A stretch of 32,000 nucleotides of DNA. Source: Candidatus Saccharimonadota bacterium (GTDB lineage: Archaea; Nanobdellota; Nanobdellia; Pacearchaeales; GW2011-AR1). The position numbers and the translations under genes were made by a program. Positions 7,585 to 16,335 of the stretch are shown here, in pieces. The DNA is taken from contig JBAZYG010000001.1 of NCBI GenBank assembly GCA_041659445.1, positions 420,001 to 452,000 on the forward strand, given 5' to 3'. The stretch's first letter is position 1. Every line of letters begins with the position of its first letter. Under the pieces are notes generated by a model. That model was given only the letters and a program-made list of their open reading frames with translations, was not told the DNA's origin and did not search any database.

Positions 7585-8109
7585 ATGGTGATAACAAAAA
7601 AAGCACAAGTTTGGATTGAAACAGTAACTTATATTTTAATTGCATTTGCATTAATTGGTTTAATTTTAGCATTTGCAAGACCAAAAATTCAGGAATACCA
7701 AGACAAATCAATTCTAGAGCAGTCATCAAAAATGATGAAAGTCTTAGACGAAACAATAAGAGAAGTTGGTAATGAAGCTGTTGGAAATAAAAGAAATATT
7801 GATTTAAGAGTTCGAAAAGGAACTTTGGAAATTAATCCGCAAAATAATACTCTGACTTTTATTATGGATAGTAAATATATTTATAGCGAATTGGGAAAAA
7901 CAATATCTGAAGAAAATTTATTTGTTACAACAACTGCTAAAGGAAAGTTTAATGAAGTTAAAATGTATTTAAATTACACTGGAGAATATGACTTACTTCA
8001 AAATAATTTAACAGAAACAAAAATACTTACAACATCGTCAACAGATTATGATTTATATATTTCAAACAAAGGAGGTTCACCAATACAAATAGATATTGAA
8101 ATAGATTAA
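7585..8109 (+). CDS. Prepilin-like protein P5 (Gln +1, Glu +5)
   Basis: N-terminus MVITKKA|QVWIETVTYILIAFALIGLILAFA. Immediately upstream of the ATPase (TAAAATG junction). Confidence 0.7.
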   Translation: MVITKKAQVWIETVTYILIAFALIGLILAFARPKIQEYQDKSILEQSSKMMKVLDETIREVGNEAVGNKRNIDLRVRKGTLEINPQNNTLTFIMDSKYIYSELGKTISEENLFVTTTAKGKFNEVKMYLNYTGEYDLLQNNLTETKILTTSSTDYDLYISNKGGSPIQIDIEID

Positions 8110-8110
8110 A

Positions 8111-9670
8111 ATGCCAACAAAAAGAATAGGAATTCAAGATTATCCTCAAGTTGCTATTGATTTTTCACCAAGAATTCCAAAATTAAAAAAACAACGAGAC
8201 AAATCTAAAATAAATGTAAGATATTGTTTAATTTCTCCTTTCACATATGTCCATATTTATTGGAATCCAGAAGATTATGAAGTTGCATATGATATAGAAG
8301 AACCAATTTTAGATAAAAATGAAACAAGATACCTTGAGCAAATTATTTCTGCAATGAAAGATATGATTGATTTTAATGAAATTATTCGAAAAAGCAAAGA
8401 TTCATTGTTTGAATATATTGATAAAAGATTTAAAATATTGGCAATTGAATTAGGTTTAGATATTTCTTATGAAAGTTATAAAAAATTATTTTATTATTTA
8501 TGCAGAGATTTTGTTGGATTTAATGAAGTAGAACCTTTATTGAGAGATTATTTTGTCGAGGATATAGAATGTAATGGAGCAAACACTCCTATTTATATTG
8601 TTCACAGAGTTTTTAGAAATTTAAGAACAAACATTAAATTTGAAAGTAATTCAAGATTGGAAAGTTTTGTAGAAAAACTTGCACAAAGATGTGGAAAGTA
8701 TATTTCATATGCAAAACCAATTTTAGATGCAAGTTTGCCAGATGGTTCAAGAGTTAATGCAACTTATACAAAAGATATTACAAGTAAAGGACCAACTTTT
8801 ACAATTAGAAAATTCACTAAAAAACCATGGACACCTCCTCAATTAGTTGCATTTAATACTTTAAGTCCTGAAATGCTTGCTTATTTATGGTTACTTGTCG
8901 AATATAAAATGAACGTTCTTATTATTGGGGGAACGGCCTCAGGTAAAACCACTTTGTTAAATGCTATTGCGTTTTTTATTCCACCAGAAGCAAGAGTTGT
9001 AAGTATTGAAGATACTCGTGAATTAAATTTACCTAGGGAAAACTGGTTGCCAAGTGTTTCGCGTTCTGCTATTGGAATTGGAAACATGGGTGAAATTGAT
9101 TTGTATGATTTACTTAAAAGTTCATTCAGACAAAATCCAGATTATGTAATTGTTGGTGAAGTTAGAGGTAAAGAAGCAAGTGTTTTATTTCAGGGAATGG
9201 CTTCAGGACACTCATCTATTAGTACAATCCACGCTGATTCTGTTGAAACAGTTATAAAAAGATTAGAAACTCCTCCTATTGAACTTTCTCCAACTCTGTT
9301 AAATGTTCTAGACAGTGTTTGTATTATGACTCATGCAATTGTAAATAAACAAGAAACAAGAAAATTAAGGGAAATTGTTGAAATTGTAAATGTAACTCCA
9401 GACGGAATAGCGTTAACAAATACCCCGTTTAAATGGAATTCAAGAGAAGATGTATTTTATTTTAAAAAAGAAAGTAAATTATTTGAAAAAATTTCCAAAA
9501 GGTATGGTATAACAACAGAAGAATTAGTTAAAGAATTTCAATTAAGAACAATTTTATTATATAAAATGTATGAAAATAAAATATTTGATTTTGACGATGT
9601 TCAAACAATCATAAATGAATATTATAAAAGACCTGACGAAGTTTTAAAAAAATTTCAAGTAATTAAATAA
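8111..9670 (+). CDS. Type II/IV secretion-family ATPase (archaeal ArlI/PilB-like pilus assembly ATPase)
   Basis: Walker A GGTASGKTTLLNA. Asp/Walker B region PDYVIVGEVRGKEA. His box GHSSISTIHA. The N-terminal domain is typical of archaeal FlaI-type proteins (YDIEEPILDKNE). Confidence 0.9.
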   Translation: MPTKRIGIQDYPQVAIDFSPRIPKLKKQRDKSKINVRYCLISPFTYVHIYWNPEDYEVAYDIEEPILDKNETRYLEQIISAMKDMIDFNEIIRKSKDSLFEYIDKRFKILAIELGLDISYESYKKLFYYLCRDFVGFNEVEPLLRDYFVEDIECNGANTPIYIVHRVFRNLRTNIKFESNSRLESFVEKLAQRCGKYISYAKPILDASLPDGSRVNATYTKDITSKGPTFTIRKFTKKPWTPPQLVAFNTLSPEMLAYLWLLVEYKMNVLIIGGTASGKTTLLNAIAFFIPPEARVVSIEDTRELNLPRENWLPSVSRSAIGIGNMGEIDLYDLLKSSFRQNPDYVIVGEVRGKEASVLFQGMASGHSSISTIHADSVETVIKRLETPPIELSPTLLNVLDSVCIMTHAIVNKQETRKLREIVEIVNVTPDGIALTNTPFKWNSREDVFYFKKESKLFEKISKRYGITTEELVKEFQLRTILLYKMYENKIFDFDDVQTIINEYYKRPDEVLKKFQVIK

Positions 9671-9726
9671 AATGAAAAAACTAAAAATAAATTTGGGTAA
9701 ACTTCATTTTTCAAAAAACCAATAAA

Positions 9727-9891
9727 ATGAGAAAAGAGGAAATACTTTACTTAGGACAATTATTTGAAATTCTTGAGGATAAAATAAAAAGATTAAAAGA
9801 ATCATACGAAAATAAAGAAGTTCTAAAATTTAATTCTTTAAAAAAGGAAATAATTCAAATCCATGAAAAAATATCTGAAACAATAAAATGA
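9727..9891 (+). CDS. Small coiled-coil protein (54 aa), not in the supplied ORF track
   Basis: ATG at 9727 in a TAAAATG junction. Its TGA at 9889-9891 overlaps the ATG of the next gene (ATGA). Translation: MRKEEILYLGQLFEILEDKIKRLKESYENKEVLKFNSLKKEIIQIHEKISETIK. Confidence 0.45.
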   Translation: MRKEEILYLGQLFEILEDKIKRLKESYENKEVLKFNSLKKEIIQIHEKISETIK

Positions 9892-11246
9892 TTAAAAAAA
9901 AAGAATATCCCTTTGAAAAAATACAGAATTTGATTGAAAAACAAAATAAATTATTAGAAGAACTAAAAAAATTTTCTTTTGAAATGTATCGAAACAAATA
10001 TGGTGAATCTGAAAAAACAATGATTTCTCAAAGGATGGACAAAATAAAAGATACAATAAAACTTCAGAACAATCAATTAATAGAAGAAATAAAAGGAATA
10101 AACCTTGCAAAAGAACTTGGCCTACCTGAAGAAGTAATAAAAACCACTCCTAAGAACTTTTTAAACTCAAAGCCTAAAGAAAGTGCATACGAGGATAGAG
10201 AAGATGAATCTTTGAAATTTAAAGGAGGAAAAATTTACAATACTAAAGAATTGTCTGTGAAAGGCCTTGAAAAAGAAACAATAGTAAGATTGAGAGAAGC
10301 AAAGAAAAAAGTTGAAAAAATTAAACACGAAAAAATAAAAACAAAATCAAAATATTCAGAACTCTCAAGTAAATTATTCTCAAAGGTTTCAAAAAAACTT
10401 TTAGGAAATGAATCTTTTAAAAAATTACAGGAAAATTTGATTAAAGCAAATTTAGATTATTCTCCTACAGGATATATTTCTTTTATTTTATTTACTACTT
10501 TGATTTCAGTTTTTGTATCTATTTTTGTTATGCTTTTTTTCTTGTTTTTTAATATCGAGGCAATTTCACCATTTATAACAAGAACTAGCGAAGAAGTTTT
10601 AATTCGTCTTGGAAAAGTAATTTGGATTGTTATAGTTGCTCCAGTCGGAACTTTTTTCACATTATATTTTTATCCTAGTCTTGAAAAAAAATCAGCAGAA
10701 TATAAGATAGACACAGAATTACCTTTTGCAACAATTCATATGGCTGCTATCGCAGGTTCGATGATAAACCCTGTAAAAATATTTGAAATTTTAATAACAA
10801 CCAAAGAATATAAAGCTCTTGAAAAAGAATTTACAAAATTATTAAATGAAATAAATATTTATGGTTCAGATTTGGTTAATGCTTTAAAAAATACTGCAAA
10901 AAATACTTCTAGTAAAAGACTTTCAGAATTATTAAACGGATTATCTACAAATATAAGTTCTGGTGGAGACTTGCCGAGTTTTTTTGAAAAGAGATCTGAA
11001 ACTTTATTATTTGAATACAGAATTCAGAGGGAAAAAGCAACAAGAGGTGCAGAAAGTTTTATGAATATTTATATAAGCATGGCAATCGCATCTCCAATGA
11101 TTTTAATGCTCTTATTAATGATGTTGAAGTTAAGTGGTCTTGGATTAAGTACTCCTGCATCAACACTAACTTTAATTATGGTACTTGGAGTTGTTGTGCT
11201 TAATGCTGTTTTAATAACTTTTTTGCACTTAAAAAAACAAAAATAA
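9888..11246 (+). CDS. Pilus platform membrane protein, half 1 (T2SS-F/TadB-C/ArlJ-like domain with a long coiled-coil N-terminal extension)
   Basis: About 190 aa of Lys/Glu-rich N-terminal region. TM helices follow (YISFILFTTLISVFVSIFVMLFFLFF; VIWIVIVAPVGTFFTLYFY). GspF-like cytoplasmic domain (LPFATIHMAAIAGSMINPVKIFE..GSDLVNALKNTA..GGDLPSFFE). C-terminal TMs. Confidence 0.8.
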   Translation: MIKKKEYPFEKIQNLIEKQNKLLEELKKFSFEMYRNKYGESEKTMISQRMDKIKDTIKLQNNQLIEEIKGINLAKELGLPEEVIKTTPKNFLNSKPKESAYEDREDESLKFKGGKIYNTKELSVKGLEKETIVRLREAKKKVEKIKHEKIKTKSKYSELSSKLFSKVSKKLLGNESFKKLQENLIKANLDYSPTGYISFILFTTLISVFVSIFVMLFFLFFNIEAISPFITRTSEEVLIRLGKVIWIVIVAPVGTFFTLYFYPSLEKKSAEYKIDTELPFATIHMAAIAGSMINPVKIFEILITTKEYKALEKEFTKLLNEINIYGSDLVNALKNTAKNTSSKRLSELLNGLSTNISSGGDLPSFFEKRSETLLFEYRIQREKATRGAESFMNIYISMAIASPMILMLLLMMLKLSGLGLSTPASTLTLIMVLGVVVLNAVLITFLHLKKQK

Positions 11247-11247
11247 A

Positions 11248-12105
11248 ATGGAACTAAAAAAAATACATTTAATCTCTGCATTAGTAGCGTTTGCATTAAT
11301 TGCAATTGGATATTTTTTAGCAAGTAAAAAACTTTTTCCTTTAATTGCTGGAATTGGTGCATTAATTGGATTTGCTCCGTTTTTAATTACATTAATGAAA
11401 GAAATTAAAACTGCTTCTGAAAAAGAAGAAATGTTTTTGGAATTTGCTAGAAATCTCGTCGAGAGTGTTAAAACAGGAACTCCAATAAGTAAAAGTATTG
11501 TAAACATGAGCAATAAAAATTATGGTGCCTTAACAGAGCATATTCAAAAACTAGCAAATCAAATTTCGTTAGGTATTCCCTTAAATAAAGCCTTGGATGT
11601 TTTTTCAAAAGATGTAAAAAATAAATCTATTTCACGTTCATTAACTTTAATTGGACAAGCAGAAAGAGCTGGAGGAGAAATTGGAGAAATACTTGAATCT
11701 GTTGCAGGAGCTGTTAGCATTTCAGATAAATTAAAAAAAGAAAGAAAAGCTTCAATCTCTACATTAGTTTCTCAAGGATATATTATTTTCTTGGTTTTTA
11801 TTGTAATAATTTTAGTTATGCAATATCAAATAATTCCAATGGTTTCTGGAATAGCAAATGTCCAAGATTTGGGGTTAGCGGGTTTTGGAGTTTCAAAAGT
11901 TAGTAATTATCAACAAGTTGAGCAAAGACAAATTTCAAATTCATTTTTGTATTTAATTTTAACACAAGGCTTTTGCGCAGGACTTGTTATTGGTAAAATT
12001 TCAGAAGGAAGCATTAAAGCAGGAATTAAACATTCTTTTTCCTTAATGTTTTTGTCTTTCTTAATATCTGCAATAGCAAATGCTTTGTTATCTAAAGGAG
12101 GATAA
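11248..12105 (+). CDS. Pilus platform membrane protein, half 2 (T2SS-F/TadC-like domain)
   Basis: N-terminal TMs. GspF-like domain (FARNLVESVKTGTPISKSI..LANQISLGIPLNKALDVFS..GQAERAGGEIGEILESVA). C-terminal TMs. TAAAATG junction with half 1. Confidence 0.8.
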   Translation: MELKKIHLISALVAFALIAIGYFLASKKLFPLIAGIGALIGFAPFLITLMKEIKTASEKEEMFLEFARNLVESVKTGTPISKSIVNMSNKNYGALTEHIQKLANQISLGIPLNKALDVFSKDVKNKSISRSLTLIGQAERAGGEIGEILESVAGAVSISDKLKKERKASISTLVSQGYIIFLVFIVIILVMQYQIIPMVSGIANVQDLGLAGFGVSKVSNYQQVEQRQISNSFLYLILTQGFCAGLVIGKISEGSIKAGIKHSFSLMFLSFLISAIANALLSKGG

Positions 12106-12129
12106 TTTATTTTTAAATAAAAAAATAAA

Positions 12130-12828
12130 ATGAAAAATAAAAGGGCCAGTCATGTAGATGTTACGATTTCATTTATTATTTTTGTTTTGTTTTTGACATT
12201 TTTATTTATATTTACAAAATTCCCAGAAAAATCAGAATCTGATCAAGATTTATCTCTAGGATTAGTAAAAAATAGTATGGTGAATTATTTATCTTCAGAT
12301 GTTACAATTTATTATATTAAAAATTCTTCTATAAAAACTTCTGAAAATTGCATAATGATTAATGAATTAAGTCTAGATCCAAATTTAAAAAATATTGTTA
12401 AAGATATAAATGAAAACAATATATACTCAAAAAGAGAATCTGGAAATTTATATATTAGTTGGATTTCTGGACAAAGTTTATTTAAAAGCTATTATTCTGA
12501 AGAAAACTTTAGCAATTTCAATTTAACTGGTTCTTTGAATTGTCAAACCGGAGAAATAAATTCTATTCAAGAACAAAACAAAATCATGGAAACAAAAATA
12601 TTAAAAATGATTCAAGAATATTCTTCAAATTATTCTTATCTAAAATCAAACATTGGAATACCTCAAAACGAAGATTTTAACGTGCAATTCGAATATGCTA
12701 ATAAAACAATAATCGGGCAAAACATGACTGAAATTAAGGCTAGTGTTTTTGTAAAGAATTTTCAAATAGATTATTTAGACGTTAATGGTAATGAAAAAAT
12801 AGGAAATTTAATAATATATTTATGGTAA
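12130..12828 (+). CDS. Prepilin-like protein P6
   Basis: N-terminus MKNKRA|SHVDVTISFIIFVLFLTFLFIF. Confidence 0.6.
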   Translation: MKNKRASHVDVTISFIIFVLFLTFLFIFTKFPEKSESDQDLSLGLVKNSMVNYLSSDVTIYYIKNSSIKTSENCIMINELSLDPNLKNIVKDINENNIYSKRESGNLYISWISGQSLFKSYYSEENFSNFNLTGSLNCQTGEINSIQEQNKIMETKILKMIQEYSSNYSYLKSNIGIPQNEDFNVQFEYANKTIIGQNMTEIKASVFVKNFQIDYLDVNGNEKIGNLIIYLW

Positions 12829-13280
12829 AAGAAAAAAAAATTATAAATAAGAAGAAAAAAGCTTGGATAAAAATATTTGAAGCTTTTATTTCGTTAGTGT
12901 TTATAGTTAGTATTATGTTTACTGTATCTTATACTGAAAAAGTAAATAAATATGATTTACCAAACAGAGTTCAAGAAAAACAAATAGAAATATTACATTT
13001 AATTCAAGTAAATGATTCATTAAGAAAAGAAATCTTGAATGTTACACAAATCCCTATAGAATCTAACGAAACAGGATTTCCAGAAGATTTAATTAATTTA
13101 GCAAACGATTCCATTCCTGAAAGTTTAGAATGTATTTTAAAAATTTGCCATCCTGAAAGCAATTGCGAATTAAATTATTATCCTGAAGAAAGAGAAATAT
13201 ATACACAAAATGTTATAATTAGTTCATCAATAAATCAATTCAATCCAAGAAAATTATCTATTTTTTGCTGGGAAAAATGA
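12822..13280 (+). CDS. Prepilin-like protein P7
   Basis: N-terminus MVKEKKIINKKKKA|WIKIFEAFISLVFIVSIMFTV. 7-nt overlap with P6. Confidence 0.55.
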   Translation: MVKEKKIINKKKKAWIKIFEAFISLVFIVSIMFTVSYTEKVNKYDLPNRVQEKQIEILHLIQVNDSLRKEILNVTQIPIESNETGFPEDLINLANDSIPESLECILKICHPESNCELNYYPEEREIYTQNVIISSSINQFNPRKLSIFCWEK

Positions 13281-13328
13281 TTTTCTCTAAACTTAAAAAT
13301 ATAAAAAGTCATTTAGACAAATTAAATT

Positions 13329-13742
13329 ATGAAAACATTTGAATTTCTTGAGCATACTGCAGACATAAAAATAAAAGCTTATGGTAAAGATATAAATGAG
13401 GTTTTTAAAAATTCAGCATATGCTTTTTTAAATTTCTTAACAAATAAAAAAATTTCTGAAAAAAAATTAAAAAAAATAAAAGTTCAAGGAAAAGATTTTG
13501 AAAGTCTGCTTTACAATTTTATAGAAGAATTGATTTTTCTCCTTGATTCAGAGAACTTATTAATATCCAAAATTAAAAAATTAAAAATTGATAAAAATAA
13601 ATTTAAATTGGAATCAGAAATTTATTTTGACAAGTGTGAAAAATATTTAATAAGAAAATCAATAAAAGCAATAACTTACAATGAAATGTATATTAAAAAA
13701 CAAAAAGACAAATGGATTGCACAATTTGTTTTAGATATTTAA
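13329..13742 (+). CDS. Archease (RtcB activator)
   Basis: N-terminal FEFLEHTADIKIKAYG signature. C-terminal KAITYNEMYI..WIAQFVLDI. Located near rtcB. Confidence 0.9.
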   Translation: MKTFEFLEHTADIKIKAYGKDINEVFKNSAYAFLNFLTNKKISEKKLKKIKVQGKDFESLLYNFIEELIFLLDSENLLISKIKKLKIDKNKFKLESEIYFDKCEKYLIRKSIKAITYNEMYIKKQKDKWIAQFVLDI

Positions 13743-13743
13743 A

Positions 13744-14577
13744 ATGAAAAAGAAATACACTAGAAGAGAAGCAATAAAATATGGTGCTAAGATTAGTGCA
13801 GGAGCATTAATATATGGGGCAATTGGAAATGTTCTTGGAAGAGGATATAGATTTTTTAGAGATATTTATAGAGATGCCGATGAAAAAGTTGAAAACTTAA
13901 AAGAAGATGTTGCAAGAAAAAAAAGAGACATGGACGAATTTTATGAAGAAAATGTAAAACCTGAAAAAGATAATTTAAAAGAGAAATTTAAAAAAACTAA
14001 AATTGGTAAAAAATTGTATAACACTAAAGAAGAACTTGAAGAAACTCCATTTGGAGAAAAAATTCATTCGAAAAAAGACAAACTTAAAGAAAACTATAAA
14101 AATTGGGATGAAAAAATTTTAGACGAAAATGAAGAACCGGATAAAATATCAAGAAGAACATTTTTAGGAAGACTATTTCATGCATATAATGAACATCCTG
14201 TAGGAGTTGCAACAAGTGCAGGTATTGTTTATGGTGGCTCAAAACATGCAATAAAAAACTTAAATAAATATAGAAGAAATAGAAGAGAAGCAATTCAAAG
14301 GGAAAAAATAAAAAATCTTGAAGAAGAATTAGAAAATTTTAAAGAAGATTATAAAAACAGTTCAAAAGATCTTGAAAACAGCGTCGATTCAGAATATTCA
14401 AATATTCTAATAATAGTTGGATTGGCTGGTTTTTTAATTTCTTTAATAATTGGTTCTTTGAAACTCACAGGAAATGTAATTTCAAATTCAAGCTTTCATT
14501 TTGATTCTTATCTTTCAATATTTCTATTAGTACTTTCATTAATTCTCATAATGATTGGATTAAAGAAAAAAAGGTAG
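13744..14577 (+). CDS. Lys/Glu-rich membrane protein with duplicated RR-hydrophobic segments (hypothetical)
   Basis: TAAAATG junction with archease. TRREAIKYGAKISAGALIYGAIG (aa 6-28) and SRRTFLGRL..VATSAGIVYGGS (aa 136-166) are each followed by coiled-coil-like K/E-rich sequence. Two C-terminal TM helices. Confidence 0.65.
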   Translation: MKKKYTRREAIKYGAKISAGALIYGAIGNVLGRGYRFFRDIYRDADEKVENLKEDVARKKRDMDEFYEENVKPEKDNLKEKFKKTKIGKKLYNTKEELEETPFGEKIHSKKDKLKENYKNWDEKILDENEEPDKISRRTFLGRLFHAYNEHPVGVATSAGIVYGGSKHAIKNLNKYRRNRREAIQREKIKNLEEELENFKEDYKNSSKDLENSVDSEYSNILIIVGLAGFLISLIIGSLKLTGNVISNSSFHFDSYLSIFLLVLSLILIMIGLKKKR

Positions 14578-14607
14578 TTTTTTATATTTTCAAAATAGCA
14601 TAATTGC

Positions 14608-15984
14608 ATGCAAATAAAAAAAATTTCAAAAAACAAATATGAAATTCCTAAATCTGAAGATATGAATGTTCCAGGATTAATTTATGCCTCGGAAAAATTG
14701 ATTAAAGATATTGAAAAAGATAAAACACTGAATCAAGTAAAAAATGTTGCGCAATTGCCTGGAATTGTAAAATATTCTCTTGCTCTACCAGACGCACATC
14801 AAGGTTATGGTTTTTGCATTGGTGGCGTAGCTGCTTTTGATTTAGAAAAAGGAATAATTTCTCCAGGCGGTGTTGGATATGATATTAATTGTGGGGTAAG
14901 ATTGCTCAAAACAAATTTAACAAAAAAAGATATTTCAGGAAAAGAAAAAATTCTTGCTGAATTTTTGTTCAAAAAAATTCCCTCTGGGGTTGGAAGAGGA
15001 AGTAAATTTCAATTAACTTACAAACAATTAGATGAAGTTTTGGAAAAAGGTGTAGAATATTTAATTGAAAAAAATTATGCTTCAAAAGATGATTTAAAAA
15101 ATATCGAAGAAAATGGAAGAATAAAAAATGCAGATTCATCTAAAGTTTCTGAAAGAGCAAAAAAAAGAGGAATTGGTCAACTTGGGACACTTGGTGCTGG
15201 AAATCACTTTTTGGAAATCCAAATTGTAGATAATATCTTTGATGATAAAATTGCAAAGAAATTTGGATTGTTCAAGAATCAAATTGTTATAATGTTGCAT
15301 TGTGGTTCTCGAGGATTAGGACATCAAGTTGCCTCAGATTATATTAAATTAATGGAAGAAAAATATGATTTTGAAAATTTACCAGATAGAGAATTGATAA
15401 ATGCTCCAATAAAAAGTAAACTTGGACAAGATTATCTTCAAGCAATGAATTGCGCTGCGAATTTTGCTTTTGCAAATAGACAAATAATTTCTCATTGGAC
15501 AAAAGAAGTTTTTTCAGAAATTTTTCCAAATTCAAAAGTTGAAACTCTTTATGATGTTTGCCATAATATTGCAAAAATTGAAGAGTATAATTTAAACGGA
15601 AAAAAACAAAAGTTATGTGTTCATAGAAAAGGAGCTACTCGAAGTTTTGAAAATCAGCCTGTTTTAATTCCAGGAACAATGGGAACTTCAAGTTATGTTC
15701 TGATTGGAAATAAAAAATCCCAAGATTTAACTTTTTCAAGTGTTGCACATGGTGCAGGAAGATTAAAAAGTAGAATTAGTGCAATGAAAATGGTAAAAGG
15801 AAAATTATTAAAAGAAAAATTACAAAATAAAAAAATAATTATTCAAACAGATAACATTTCATCTCTTGCAGAAGAAGCTCCTGAAGCTTACAAAAATGTC
15901 GACGATGTTGTAGAAATAATTTCTGAAGAAGGCCTAGCAAAAAAAGTTGCACAATTAAGACCTTTAATCGTAATTAAAGGCTAG
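14608..15984 (+). CDS. rtcB: RNA-splicing ligase RtcB
   Basis: Motifs LPDAHQGYGFCIGGVAAF, GGVGYDINCGVR, LGAGNHFLE, HCGSRGLGHQV, HNIA and HGAGR. No intein. Confidence 0.95.
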   Translation: MQIKKISKNKYEIPKSEDMNVPGLIYASEKLIKDIEKDKTLNQVKNVAQLPGIVKYSLALPDAHQGYGFCIGGVAAFDLEKGIISPGGVGYDINCGVRLLKTNLTKKDISGKEKILAEFLFKKIPSGVGRGSKFQLTYKQLDEVLEKGVEYLIEKNYASKDDLKNIEENGRIKNADSSKVSERAKKRGIGQLGTLGAGNHFLEIQIVDNIFDDKIAKKFGLFKNQIVIMLHCGSRGLGHQVASDYIKLMEEKYDFENLPDRELINAPIKSKLGQDYLQAMNCAANFAFANRQIISHWTKEVFSEIFPNSKVETLYDVCHNIAKIEEYNLNGKKQKLCVHRKGATRSFENQPVLIPGTMGTSSYVLIGNKKSQDLTFSSVAHGAGRLKSRISAMKMVKGKLLKEKLQNKKIIIQTDNISSLAEEAPEAYKNVDDVVEIISEEGLAKKVAQLRPLIVIKG

Positions 15985-16282
15985 ATTTACATCTTAAATA
16001 ATTTATAAAATCTGTAACTACAATTAATTTACGAAAAAATTTATTTGGAATAAACTCTTTTAGACTTGAATAATTATCTAGAATAGAATTTGTATCTTTT
16101 TGAGAAAGTTCTTGATTAATCAATTCAAATGAAATTGCATTTAAAAAATTAAATTCTTGATTTTTTAAAATTGCTTTTACTGCTTCGGAATCAATGTAAT
16201 AATCTTCTGAATTTTTCTTAATCATATCTATTAAAGAATAATGAATTTCATATTTTTTAAAAATACTTTGACTTTTAGTCAT
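15974..16282 (-). CDS. Hypothetical protein (102 aa) downstream of the 843-aa gene
   Basis: ATG at 16282. Its 3' end overlaps the rtcB 3' end by 11 nt (convergent). No motif recognised. Confidence 0.45.
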   Translation of the reverse strand: MTKSQSIFKKYEIHYSLIDMIKKNSEDYYIDSEAVKAILKNQEFNFLNAISFELINQELSQKDTNSILDNYSSLKEFIPNKFFRKLIVVTDFINYLRCKSSL

Positions 16283-16335
16283 AACAAAATAAAAAGATTC
16301 TAATTTAAAAGAATTATTGTGATAAAATAATCAAT

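Noticed and set aside
5495-13280. Interpreting the pilin/ATPase/platform cluster as an archaellum (motility) operon.
   Set aside because: No ArlH (KaiC-like), ArlF/G, ArlCDE/X or archaellin-type proteins are present in or next to the cluster. The content fits an adhesive type IV pilus-like system better. Genes outside the window could change this.
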